A stretch of 64,000 nucleotides of DNA, taken from the NCBI GenBank assembly GCA_036785375.1, contig JAWMAR010000160.1, positions 1,922,001 through 1,986,000 of the forward strand, in the 5' to 3' direction. This document shows positions 14,401-26,529 of this stretch, piece by piece. The DNA is from Leucoraja ocellata. Taxonomy: Eukaryota. The notes under the pieces were generated by a model. That model made no database searches. It saw nothing but the letters and a program-made list of their open reading frames with translations, and was not told the origin of the DNA. The position numbers were made by a program, and so were the translations under genes. Positions within the stretch are counted from its first letter, which is position 1. Each line of letters starts with the position of its first letter.

Positions 14401-15844
14401 CTGAAGTATAGAAGGTAAGGTATAGCTTAAAGATCATCAGTTAATGTCAGTTCCCAGTTAAATCCCACTCCAATTGTTAAGGCATCTCTATGGGTTACCA
14501 CATCTTACACATGGAGGATCTGGAAGAAAGACTCTGTACTTTGGAAACTAAAAACAATTACTACGAATCCTTCAGTGAGAGTTTTAGTTATCCTTATATT
14601 GCGACTTGTAATATCTCAACTCTCTCACGCCCAGCTGACCTGACTCGCATGTTGCTGCAAGTATTCTTGCCTAAGGGGAAGGAGTTTTACTTTTGTGATT
14701 GAATTAAATTACATTAAAGGAAATTTACTTTCAATGTCAAACACCAATAGGTAGAAATATATTGACGACTCAGAAGGTATAAAATAAACTTGAATGCCAC
14801 ATTTGAATCCTCTCAATAAATGCTGCTTTTTTTAGTTTGTGTTTGTGTTTAGTTCATTATTAGAGTATCTTTGATCGGACTTTACTGGCTTTATCTTGCA
14901 CTAAATGTTATTCACATTATTCCCTTCATCGTGTATCTGTACACTGTGGACGGCTCGTTTGTAATCATGTATTGTCTTTCCACTGACTGGTTAGCACGTG
15001 ACAAAGGCTTTTCTCGGTACCTCGGTACACGTGACATTAGACTAAACTCCAGCCTGGTAGGAGCGTAGCCAGCCTGTGTTTAAAAGTCTGTACACTTTGG
15101 TTATATTTTCATCCCCTTAAAGTTAGGTCACCTCTACCAATAGTGAGATCACTGAGAGAACCAGCGTAATGTGTGCTGTCTGTGTTGGACACTTACACAA
15201 TGCACTGGCCGAGACATGGAGGTCACGGGGAGAAGGTACAAATTCCATACATACATCACCTGTAATCAGGATCAAACTCGGATCTCTGGGCTGTGAGGTA
15301 GCAACTCTACCGCTGCGCTACCATGCCGCCCGTAAATGTAGATGACAAGCGGTGTGGGTGAAGGACATGTCCACGGGGTCGAGGGCAAGCCGCCAAATTA
15401 GATTCAAAAGTGACTTGGTATGAGGAGATACATGGGTGATGAAGAGTATGGGCTTTGTTGATGCAAGCACATGACCAGTGATGTACCACAACGACTAGTG
15501 CTGACATTCTATACATGAACAGCTTGGATATGAATGTAGGAAGTCTGAGGAGTCAGCTTACAGATGAGGCAAACGCTGATGGTGTTGTTGAATAGGCTAT
15601 AGGATGATATAGATATAGGGCCAAGCTCCTATACTTTGTAAGGAGTTATCGTCTATTCCTGGAATCATAGCTTCTGTAGGCGAAGGGGTCATAGGTTCCA
15701 ACTGAAGGAACTTGATGTAGTTGATCTGATTGACCACAGAAACAATGAGTGGCTGGCTCTGTTGCAGTGTTAAATATACAATCCACAGATGTAGGAAAAC
15801 TTTAGCAGAGGACAGTATGTGCGGAGACTTCTAGAGGTGTACCA

Positions 15845-16225
15845 TAGATCATATAGAGGTATACAAAATCATGAGAGGAATAGATTGGGTAGATGCACAG
15901 AGTCTTGCCCAGAGTAGGGAAATCGAGGACCAGAGAACATAGGTTCAAGGTGAAGGGGTAAAGATTTAATAAGAATCCAAGGGGTGACTTTTTCACGCAA
16001 AGGGTGGTGGGTGTATGGAACAAGCTGCCAGAGGAGGTAGTTGAGGCTGGGACTATCCCATCGTTTAAGAAACAGTTAGACAGGACAGGACATTGATAGG
16101 ACATGTTTGGAGGGATATGGACCAAGCGCAGGCTAGTGGGACTAGTGTAGCTGGGACATTGTTGGCCGGTGTGGGCAAGTTGGGCCGAAGGGCCTGTTTC
16201 CACACTGTATCACTCTATGACTGTG
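15845..16225 (+). mobile_element. CR1/HER1-like LINE 3' fragment (similar pieces at ~1830-2075, 8270-8930, 9880-10215, 10890-11220, 32010-32455, 51750-52190, 55470-55700)
   Basis: Remnant coding motifs IEVYKIMRGID, RTREHRFKV and FFTQRVVGVWNKLP, typical of CR1 ORF2 C-termini. 3' tail is shared with the SINE. Confidence 0.75.
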
Positions 16226-16334
16226 GCCAATGCTGTGAGAAAACAGCTGTAGTTACTTTCAATGCCAACACTGATGTGAATAGGTTCTTTTTTCCAACAT
16301 TTGTATTTAATATTGCTTCACCAATAAGCTATAT

Positions 16335-16340
16335 TTTATT
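16335..16340 (-). terminator. Candidate polyadenylation signal (AATAAA) for gene A
   Basis: tttatt on the + strand at the end of a unique AT-rich stretch ~1.65 kb past the stop codon. Use of this site is not provable from DNA. Confidence 0.4.
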
Positions 16341-16788
16341 CAAAGATATATTCTGTTTACTTGTACAAATGTATCACTAGAAACAGCCCTTGTTATATCA
16401 TTACCTACATCTTCATTTAGTGGTTACAAATATAAGTAGCATCGTTGGAAAAATTGTCTTGACAAGAAATGGCTTTAGGCTGTAAATGCAGTGAAATACA
16501 CAGTATGTATTCAGGAACCAGCGGCAACAAAAGTCTAATATATGACTGTGAAATTAATGCTATAACAGGCACAATATAATACAGTATAAACAATTTGCTT
16601 GATAGAGTCTACAGTGTTGTTAACATCAGGAGGCCCAACCTGTGAAAAGTGCTAGCCTGATTATCGGGGTACTGCTGAAATGGGGGGAGTCAAAAATGGA
16701 TCGAGGAGTTAGAATTGAATTAGCATGAAAAGTAAGTAAGAAAGAGAAAAAGGTAAACACTACAACTATGCAAATAGACAAGAGGCTA

Positions 16789-17185
16789 TCACTGTGTAAC
16801 ATTTGGGTACGGGACTGGTGAGGACACGTCTGTCACTGTATAACACTGGGGTACTGTAACGGAGGGGACACGTCTGTAACTGTATAACACTGGGATACAG
16901 CACTGGCAGGGACAGGTCCGTCACCGTGCAACACTGGGGTACTGTAATGGTGGGGACAGGTCTGTACCTGTACAACACTGGGGTACAGTACCGGTGGAGA
17001 TGGGTCGGTCACCGTGTAACCCTGGGGTACATTACTGATGGGGACAGGATCGTCACTGTGTAACACTGGGGTACAGTACTGATGGGGATAACTCTGTCAC
17101 TGGGGTACAATACTGGTGGGGACAGGTCTGTCATTGTGTAACACTAGGGTGCAAACCTGTCATGTATAATACTGGAATGCAGTAT
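16789..17185. repeat. 44-bp minisatellite (~8.5 degenerate copies), consensus TCACTGTGTAACACTGGGGTACAGTACTGGTGGGGACAGGTCTG
   Basis: Units start at 16789, 16833, 16877, 16921, 16965, 17009, 17053, 17097 (10-bp deletion) and 17131. Confidence 0.9.
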
Positions 17186-17384
17186 TCTAGAGCACTAAGT
17201 GCAATTCCACTGATTACTCTAGCAGAGAGATCATTTGATTTACTCTCACGAGTGGAAATCAGGATGAATAAGAATTTGTAAATGGACATGAATGAATACT
17301 GAGCATTGTGTAGTTGGAGGAGGTTACAGGGATAGGAAGGGATGAGAGTATGGCAATAATGAAACAAGAGGAAGAGAAGAATGG

Positions 17385-17602
17385 CACAAAAGGCAGGAGT
17401 AACTCAGAGGGTCAGGCAGCATCTCTGGAGAAAAGAAATAGGTGATGTTTCGGGTTGAAACCCTTCTTCAAACTGAAGAAGGGTCTCGACCCAAAACATC
17501 ACCTATTCAATTTCTTCAGAGATGCTGCCTGACCCGCTTAGTTATTCCAGCCTTTTGTGTCTGTCTACGGTTTAAACCAGCATCTGCAGTTCCTCCCTAG
17601 AC
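17385..17602. mobile_element. Penelope-like inverted terminal-repeat (pLTR) palindrome; dozens of related pieces in the window
   Basis: Head-to-head GGAGTAACTCAG...CCCTTCTTCA / TGAAGAAGGG...TTATTCCAGC arrangement containing a hammerhead-like core. Confidence 0.6.
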
Positions 17603-17988
17603 AAGAGGGTAAGAATACAGGAAAAGGCATCGACTCACATTTTATCCATTTATGACAATATTTTATCAGACAACATTCACGTAATTTAAGCAAGTAGTTC
17701 ACCTTGGAAAGATTATTGCACCAAGTGTGTGATCCAATGTCCATTCCCATCAATGGGAAGAAAAGTCGCATGGCTCTGATGTTCTCGGTGCACAGCTGGC
17801 TTTGATGCCAGCGTTCTGGTATCAGTTCAGAGTTTGACAAATGGACACAAAAACGACCCAAAATTCAGAACATTCCTGAGAATGAACTGTTGTTACATTT
17901 CCTAGAGTAAGTGCCATCAGTCGACTGTAACATTGCATCAGGAGCCGCCTCAGTAACAATATTCAGACAATTGTTGTGATATGTCCGT

Positions 17989-18266
17989 CTAACTCACAGG
18001 TGTAATACAACTATTATTATTTGGTCCAGTCTGTGAGTTATTGTCATTGCCGTTTGAAATCACTTCCTGCAAAGGAAAAATGTCCAGAGGTTCATTCACA
18101 CGAGGGATTTCTTGGTTTCTGCTGGGTGTTGGATTCAGTACATTATATTCTCCTGTTTTCCGAGCTCTGTCGATCAGGCAATAGCAGATTATTGCCACTA
18201 TTATTATTATTATTGCCCCCACAATTGAAAAGACCATGATGATGATCACCCATGACGATTCTTCAC
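17989..18266 (-). CDS. Gene A exon 6: transmembrane helix and cytoplasmic tail
   Basis: Acceptor ttatccacag|GT in phase 1. TM WVIIIMVFSIVGAIIIIIVAIICYCLI, followed by RARKTGEYNV. Stop TAG at 17991-17989. Spliced CDS total 1515 nt = 504 aa. Confidence 0.88.
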
Positions 18267-18403
18267 CTGTGGATAATTCACAAAAACCATTACACAATCA
18301 TCATCCATTCTGAGCAAATACATCTACTGTAAAACTACAGATCCTTTCTTTCCAAAATCCATGAATTTTGCCTGCACTCATTTGCAGGTATAATTTACTT
18401 ATA

Positions 18404-19626
18404 CAGGTGCACAACCTTTTATCCGAAAGCCTTGGGACCAGACACTTGTCGGATTTCGGACATTTTCGGATTTCAGAATGGAAGATTTTTAGCGTAGATT
18501 AGGTAGGTAGCGCGGGCGGCTTGAAAAGTCTGGAGCTGCTGCCTCCTCCCCGGTGACCGGGAGAATCATTGCATAAATGTTAGTCAGTTAGTTTGGAGGG
18601 ATTTTATGTGGTGGTGGTGGAGTCGGGGTGAAGGGGGAAACTTTAATTCTTAGTCCCCTACCTGGTCGGCGACTCCCAACCTCGCGGAGCTGGAGGCTCC
18701 GTCCGGCCGCGGGCGGCGCCGGTTGTAGCTCCGACCCCGGCAACTCTACCCCTGGCTGCGAGGCGCTCCAAATCCAGCGCGGCCCGCGGTCGGACGTCCC
18801 AGCTCCGGGAATGTCGGGAGTCGGCGGCGTCGCGCTGGGATACCAGCGGGGAGCGGGCAATGCCTTACCGGGTCGCCGTGCGGCAAGCTCCGGAGCGCTG
18901 TGGCCGCCAACACACATCGCGGAGCATCGCTGGATTTGGAGCCGCGGAGCTGGGGGCTCCGTCCGGCCGCGGGCGGCGCCGGTTGGAGCTCCGACCCCGG
19001 CAACTCTACCCCTGGCTGCGCGGCTCCAAATCCAGCGACGCTCCGCGATGTTGTGTGTCGGCGGCCACAGCGCTCCGGAGCTTGCCGCACGGCGACCCGG
19101 TAAGGCATTGCCCGCTCCCCGCTGGTTTCCCAGCGCGACGCCGCCGACTCCCGACATTCGCGGAGCTGGGGCGTCCGGTCGCGGGCGGCGCTGGACTTGG
19201 AGCGCCTCGCAGCCAGGGGTAGAGTTGCCGGGGTCGGAGCTCCAACCGGCGCCGCCCGCAGCCCCAACGGCCACAGCGCTGCGGAGCTTACTGCACGGCG
19301 ACCCGGTAATGCATTGACCGCTCCCCGCCTCTCCGACCAGGTAGGGGACTAAGAATTAAAGTTTACCCCTTCACCCCCCTTCACATAAAAGCCCTCCAAA
19401 CTAACTGACTAACATTTAAGCAATGATTTACAGATGTTTAAGCGTCTCCCGGTCTCCAGGGAGGAGGCAGCCGCTACAGTAGTACAGACCTGGGTTGACC
19501 GTGGGTCGTTTTGGGTCAAGTTTGGCGCCAAACGCGAGCTTTGGTGCGCAGACGACATCTGGAAAAAATGGCCGGTTTTCGGAGCTTTTCGGTTTCTGGA
19601 ACACCGGATAAAAGGTTGTGCACCTG
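18404..19626. mobile_element. Non-autonomous Tc1/mariner(pogo)-type fold-back element
   Basis: Perfect TIRs CAGGTGCACAACCTTTTATCCG. TA TSDs at 18402-18403 and 19627-19628. GC-rich interior made of nested inverted repeats; no transposase. Confidence 0.85.
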
Positions 19627-21429
19627 TAATCTCTCGAATTACTATCTACCTCATCGGGGACCCTCGGACTATCTTTGATCGGACTTTACTGGTTTACCTT
19701 GCACTAAACGTTATTCCCTTATCATGTATCATGTATCTGCACACTGTGAACGGCTCGATTGTAATCATGTATTGTCTTTCCACTGGCTGGTTAGCACACA
19801 ACAAAAGCTTTTCAATGTAGCTCAGTTACATGTGACAATAAGCTAAACTAAACCAATGTTTTCTCATTATATTTATAAACACATTGTGCGTACGAATGGC
19901 ATAGCATGCTACTCGACGGCCAATTAAATATTTTTTGAAGAATAAAGTCCATTTTCATTTAACTTAGTTTAGCAATTCAGTGTTGAAACAGGGTCTTCGG
20001 CCCACTGAGTCCATGCCGACCATCAATAACCCATTCACATTAGTTCAATGTTATCCCACTAACCGGAGATACCAGATAAAACGTACACAGGTCACGGGGA
20101 GAATGTACAAACTTTGTACAGACAGCACCCGTAGTCAGAATCGAACCCATGTCTTTGGTGGTGTAAGGCAGCAACTCTACTTCTGCGCCACCATGCCACT
20201 CGCATGTTCTAATGCCTTGTCTGAAAGGTGGCACCTCAGACACTCTTTGCCACTATTCACCAAAAGCAAGTTGGGTGATGCTTTGTAGAGCACATCTGTT
20301 TAACCCAGAAGGGAAACTCTGAACCTTTAGTATCCTGTCACTACGGTTCTCCATCCAAGGCAGCATCCATGGAGAACATGGAGAGGTGACGTTTTGGGTC
20401 GGGACCCTTCTGCAGACAAGGGCAAACATTTGAGTGTCCAGAAATTGACAGGGGCTCGTTTTTCTACCTGCTGTTATTTCATTATTTTGGTGTTACTATT
20501 TATGGGTTAATCAGAAACAAGAGGTGTGAAATCACAGAATATTCTCAAGAGTTCTCAGAACTGTGCTTTTATTGTAGACTACCGGAAGTTTCCTTGTGTT
20601 AATTATCTGCTAAGTGTGTTTGGTGTAGACACTGGGGATGCTGAGGGTTGTGACAAGGCAAAGATTGCTTCAACAAAGGCATTGGTGGACAAACGGACTC
20701 CTTTACATTAGACTGAGAGTGGTCGTACAGCTGGTACTCTTGCCTGGAGTCAGGAGATTAGTGGTTCAAGTCCCAAACACCAGGATATTCCAGGGACACA
20801 AAGATATTCCATGGAAATACTGACAAAGAATCTCTGAGGTGCCACATTATTTTTTAGTATGGCTATATGGTAATTCACCTACCACTGTACCTTAATTGGT
20901 ATACGTGACAATAAACAGACCTTTGAACCATTGAAGATTAACGACTGTATCCTTCATGTCTATGGTTGGCATTGTGAGTTGTATTTAGAACAGTAAATGA
21001 TGCGTTGTGCAATATTAATGCCTATTCTGCATTGCATGCACCCTGAAGAAGAGACAGAGTATTGCAGTAGCTCAGCGGGTCAGGCAATATCTCAGGAGCG
21101 GCCTATCCATGGTCTCCTGAGATGCTGCTTGACCCGCTGAGTTGCTCCAGCACTCCGTGTCCTCGTCTGTAAATCAGATCTTTGTTGAAAGGTTTCGACC
21201 CAAAACGTCACCCATTCCTTCGCTCCAGAGATGCTGCCTGTCCCACTCAGTTACTCCAGCATTTTGTGTCTATCTTCGGTTTAAACCAGCATCTGCAGTT
21301 CCTTCCTACACACTCCTTGTTTCTACATTGGAATCATCCTGTTTTTTGAAGAGAACCACGAAAAAGCATGCAGTTCCAAGCAGATCCACTAGGCGGCAAT
21401 GCAATACGTTCCTAAACCCATTGGTTATA

Positions 21430-23117
21430 CAGGTGCACAACCTTTTATCCGACAACCTTGGGACCAGACACTTTTCGTAATTCGGAATTTGTCGGCCTTC
21501 GGAATGGAAATTTTTTAGCGTAGATTTTAATGGCTGGCTCAGTGGTAGAGTGCTCGGCTCATATCCGCAAGGTCGCGAGTTTGCGCCTTGATCCCGGCAG
21601 TTCCTCGGTCGCGAGTTTGAGTCTTCAATGTCGTTTTTTATTGCAGAATAAATGTCTGTATGAAATGCAGTGTGTTGAATGAATTCCTGAATTTGTAAAT
21701 GTGACCGCAGCATTGAATCACCTCTCGCACTCATGTCACCCTAGCGGGGCTACATGCCCTTAGGCGGCATAAGGCGACATTTTCACACTCTTATATCCGT
21801 GTGCAGCAGAGGCGACGTGCGTTTGGCGCCAAACATGAGCTTTGGTGTGCAGACGACATCCTTGAAAAAAGGTCCGGTTTCTTCCAGGTAGGCGATATAC
21901 CCTCCAGGGCAATATACCCTCCACTTCTCTTTCATGAAGGGGATTTAGTTCCCCTTTCTTCCAGGACCGACCGGAGGTTCCGCTGTCACCTCTGCAGGCC
22001 ACCATCGGTGAACGCTCACTCAACTTTGTCTTGGGATTCCTACTCTCCCGCGCAATGTACCCTCACCTTCTCTTTTATGAAGGGGATTTAGTTCCCCTTT
22101 CTTCGAGGACCGACCGGAGGTTCCGCTGTCACCTCTGCGGGCCGCCCTCGGTGAACGTCCTGTCTCCCTGTCCCTGGGATAGCAGGGGGCGATCAAACAG
22201 CACAATACCCCCCTCCCCCTCCAACTCCAGAGGAATCCGCTCCCCGATGGGCCGCTACGGCGACAAGTGGCAGTTCGCCCACAGCCCGAGTTGTGCCACC
22301 CCAAGAACAAGACGTACCTTGCACACCATCAGCTTCTGCCCCTACGTGTTCCTCTGGAGTTGGAGCGGGGCTGGGCTGGAGTTGCTGATCTGGGATCTCC
22401 GTGCTTGCAGTGGGCCTGGGGGTCGGTGTCCCGATGAGGGGGCACAGCTCGGGCTGTGGGCGAACTGCCACTTGTCACTGTAGCGGCCCATCGGGGAGCG
22501 GCTTCTGGTGGTCCTGATGTCTCCCGCTAGTTTGCAGTTTTCCTCTGGAGTTGGAACGGGGCTGGGCTGCTGCTGGCTGTGGGTCTCTGGGATCTCCGTG
22601 CTTGCAGTGGGCCTGGGGGTCGGTGTCCCGTTAGTCCTGACGTCTCCGGTGACTGGCATTGTATGTGACAGTGCAAAGCCCCCACGCCGATGCATTGGGC
22701 GGGGAGCTGGAGAGGGGAGGGAAGGGGTCACACACATGGCCGGGAAGCAGAGGGGTGTAGGTGGGGTGAAACTGAAGGGAGCGACAATCTGCTGCTCCCT
22801 GCCCGCTGAGTTAAAAAATTCCCACGCAAGACTCACGATACACTGTGTATCGCGAGTCTACCGTGTGAACTTTTTAACTCAGCGGGCAGACAGCAGCATA
22901 TTGTCAATTATTAACCCTCGCAATATACCCTCACCTTCTCTTTTATGAATGGGGATTTAGTTCCCCTTTCTTCGAGGTACGACCGGAGGTTCCGCTGTCA
23001 CCTCTGAGGGCCGCCCTCGGTGAACGTTTTCAAGGACCTTTCTTCAAGGACTGAAAAAATGTCCGCTATTCGGAGGTTTTCGTTATTTGGATCTTCGGAT
23101 AAAAGGTTGTGCACCTG
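21430..23117. mobile_element. Second non-autonomous element with the same TIRs but a different modular interior
   Basis: Same TIRs, TA TSDs at 21428-21429 and 23118-23119. Three ~105-bp direct repeats (~21910, ~22053, ~22921) and internal hairpins (~22240-22500, ~22790-22900). Confidence 0.85.
21535..21591 (+). pseudogene. tRNA-Met(CAT)-like pseudogene / Pol III head inside a DNA transposon
   Basis: A box TGGCTCAGTGG, D arm GCTC/GAGT, anticodon loop CTCATAT, variable AGGTC and T arm GCGAG-TTTGCGC-CTTGA at canonical spacing. Acceptor stem is lost. Confidence 0.55.
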
Positions 23118-23701
23118 TAGCGGTCTTTGTTGCATTCACGAAACAGCCTTTTCAATCCATGTACTGAGGCCATTTATTCCCTGTGATCCTCACCTGATAG
23201 AAAATGTACATTCAATATAAATTATAATTCTGCATTCCCAATATTCCCAACCTAAACAGGTAGATGTGAACAGAGAGTCTACAAGTTACAGTCACAGTTG
23301 CAATGGTTCTAGAATACCATCTTTTTATCTTAGTTTAGTTTAGTTTAAAGATACAGCGCAGAAACGTGCCCTTTGGCCCACAGAGTCCGCACCGACCAGC
23401 GGTTCCTAACACTAACAGTATCATACACACACTAGATACAATTTACAATTATACCAAGCCAATTAACCTACAAAACTACGTCTTTGGAGTGTGGGAGGAA
23501 ACCGGAGATCCCCGAGAAAACACATGCAGTTTACGGGGGGGGGAGCATGTAAAGCTGCATATAGACAAGCAACCCGTATACAGGGTCGAACCCGGGTCTC
23601 TGGGGCTGTAAGGCAGCAACTCTACCGCTGCGAAATCATCCCACCTCATTCATGATTGAAAGGCAGAGCAGACTCGATGGCACCAATGTAAAGTTACTTA
23701 C

Positions 23702-23986
23702 TTTGCACATTGAGTGTGATATTCTGTTGCTTAACAATGGGTTCAGGGTGATTTTGGAGTGTCAGTTTAGCCACACAAGTCAACTGCTGTCCATTCATCT
23801 CCATCTTTGGATGCAAAGTGTGGTAGATAGTGTGCTCTGTACTGGATGACTCGCTTGGCAAAGACATATTCCCATTCTTCAGTGTAAGTTGAAGTACTCC
23901 CGAGACATTAAACACACTGCAGGTAATATTCACCGGTTTTCCATCGATGATGGTCAGTGATGCTTGGATTACAGGTTCGGAGAAAA
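23702..23986 (-). CDS. Gene A exon 5: Ig domain D4
   Basis: Acceptor ctgttgttgcag|TT, donor CAAA|GTAAGT, 285 nt. VFSEPVI...NITCSV...NGQQLTCVAKL...ITLNVQ. Confidence 0.9.
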
Positions 23987-24064
23987 CTGCAACAACAGAA
24001 AAATATTGTTAGAAACCCTATCAAAGCTTAGAGCAGCACGGTGGCGCGGCGGTAGATTTTAATG

Positions 24065-24582
24065 TTCAATTTCAAGTGAGTTTATTGTCATGTGTCCCTG
24101 TATAGGACAATGAAATTCTTGCTTTGCTTCAGCACACAGAACATAGTAGGCATTTACTACAGAACAGATAAGTGTGTCCATATACCATGATATAAATATA
24201 TACACACATGAATAAATAAACTGATAAAGTGCAAATAACAGAAAATGGGTTATTAATAATCATAGTTTTGTCCGAGCCAGGTTTAATAGCCTGATGGCTG
24301 TGGGGAAGTAGCTATTCCTGAACCTGGTTGTTGCAGTCTTCAGGCTCCTGTACCTTCTACCTGAAGGTAGCAGGGAGATGAGTGTGTGGCCAGGATGGTG
24401 TGGGTCTTTGATGATACTGCCAGCCTTTTTGAGGCAGCGACTGCGATAAATCCCCTCGATGGAAGGAAGGTCAGAGCCGATGATGGACTGGGCAGTGTTT
24501 ACTACTTTTTGTAGTCTTTTCCTCTCCAGGGCGCTCAAATTGCTGAACCAAGCCACGATGCAACCGGTCAGCATGCTCTCAC
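24065..24582 (-). mobile_element. Rex1/Babar 3' fragment inserted into a SINE head
   Basis: ORF 24260-24574 matches the C-terminus of the 33341-34735 ORF ([20 protein letters not shown]). The SINE is split into ~24033-24056 and ~24590-24750. Confidence 0.75.
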
Positions 24583-26235
24583 CTTATGTAATTGCCTTAT
24601 AGTAGTGTCAAAGACCTAGGTTCGATCTTGACTATGGGTGCTGTCTGTACGGAATTTGTACATTCTCCCCGTGACTTGTGTGGGTTTTCTCCAGGTCCTC
24701 CAGTTTCCTCCCGCACTCCAAAGACGTACAGGTTTGTAGGTTAATTGACTTTAGCTATGGCTCTACATCCAACTGTAGTTGGACAATGATCGGAGGCAAT
24801 CACCCAAAGTCACCCTATTATTCCTGGCATCATTCACCCCCTATACCAATCTCATCAAACCTAGTGACATGTTGGTTGAACGCATCCTGATGAGTGCAAT
24901 TTGAAATGTCCTCAATGTTTGGGCAACACTGGCAAAGTTCCCATTGAACACCAGGTGTAGGAAGGAACTGTAGATGCTGGTTCACACCGAAGATAGGCAC
25001 AAAATGCTGGATAACTCAGCGGCACAGGCATCATCTCTGGAGAGAAGGAATAGGAGACATTTTGTGTCGAGACCCTTCTTCAGACTGCAAATCAGGGGAG
25101 AGGGAGATACAGCGATAAGGAAGGTGTCAAAATGAGACCTGAGACAATATAATAGATGAGGTCATGACAATATCATGACATGAGACAAGATGAGGATCAA
25201 GAAAAATGTAGAATAGATCAGAATGTAGAATAGGAGAAGGTGACCACAAAGCAAACGGAGACAAAATGTCATTGGGGAGACTGGTGGGAGAACTGGGAAG
25301 GGGGAGGGATGGAGAGAGAGGAAGAGCAAGGGTTACTTGAAGTTAGAGAAGTCAATGTTCATACCACTGGGGTGTAATCTGCCCAAGCCAAATATGAGGA
25401 GCTGTTCCTCCAATTTGTGTTGGGCCTCACTGTGACAATGGAGGAGGCCCAGGACAGAAAGGTTGGTGTGGGAATGGGAGGGGATTTATAGTATTTATTA
25501 GCATCTCCACCCTGGCTGGTAACAAGCCAGAGGCTTCTATGTCACTTCAGGGAACTCTTTGCTTTCAAAACAATGGTAAATAGTCCACTGATTTAATTCC
25601 TGGGCGTAAGGAAGGTACTACAATATTTCTCCTTTATGTAAATGTTATGCATATATATTCAGTTTGTATCTCTGATAAATTCAGTTGCTGGTAGCTGCCT
25701 CTGTAACAGGATCTACATTAAAAACAGACAAAATAAGAGCAGGGCTTTATCACACACTCCAACGAGGCAGCTCTTGAATGAAGAAGGGTCTCGACCCTAA
25801 ATGCCACCCATTCCTTTTATCCAGAGATGTTGCCTGTCTTGCTTTTGTGTCTATCCTCCATGAGTAAGAATGTGGCCGAATAACAGCATCTAGGTGACAT
25901 CATGTTGCCTTTTTTCCACTAATTCCTTTGTTTTCCGTACAGGCCGATTAAAGTTTTGTGACTCTCCAGTACCAAATGTCCCCTTTGGTATTCTTTAATA
26001 GTTGCCAAAGGAGGTAGTTGAGGCAGGGACTATCCCAACATTTAAGAAACTAGTTACACAGTTACATGGATAGGACAGGTTTAGAGGAATATGAGCCAAA
26101 CGTGGGCAGGTGGGACTAGTGTAGCTCGGACATGTTGGCCGGAGTGGGAAAGTTAGGCCGAAGGGCTTGTTTCCACGCTGTATGACTATGACTCTATGAT
26201 ATCAATCATAATCTCTGGTTATCCAGCATGCTTAC

Positions 26236-26529
26236 CGTACACCTCAATGGAAATGTTGGCACTCCTTGTTAGATTTAATGGATAATCCTCAAAATCTGCT
26301 CTGCAGGTGAATTCAGTCAGTCCTGTGTCTTGTGGTGTCCATGTTGTTGTTGCCCAGATATCGTGGGATGATGACGTCTTTGTAACTGGCTTCAGTTCTT
26401 CTTCATTGTGAAACCATGTTACAGTCAACTTCTCAGCTGGATAGACATTTTGGACCTCACATTCCAACGTGGCCTCCTCATTCACTTCAATGGGCTTTCT
26501 GTTGAGGATTCTAGGAGGCTTTGGAAAAG
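26236..26529 (-). CDS. Gene A exon 4: Ig domain D3
   Basis: Acceptor gtcttttcag|CT, donor TACG|GTAAG, 294 nt. SFPKPPRI...LECEVQNVYPAEKLTVTWF...FTCRA. Confidence 0.92.

Noticed and set aside
16789-17185. CRISPR-like regular array
   Set aside because: Units are contiguous degenerate tandem repeats with no unique spacers, there are no cas genes, and the context is vertebrate.
18588-19317. Overlapping 120-229 aa ORFs on both strands
   Set aside because: Artefact of a GC-rich palindromic transposon interior; low-complexity translations mirror each other.
21760-22948. Several 87-164 aa ORFs
   Set aside because: They lie inside the TIR-bounded non-autonomous element, with no transposase (DDE/HTH) motifs.
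18267-23701. A fifth Ig exon for gene A in the last intron (checked unique DNA near 20520-20720)
   Set aside because: No open phase-1 frame with an Ig Cys/Trp pattern was found. The rest is repeats. A very small exon cannot be excluded.
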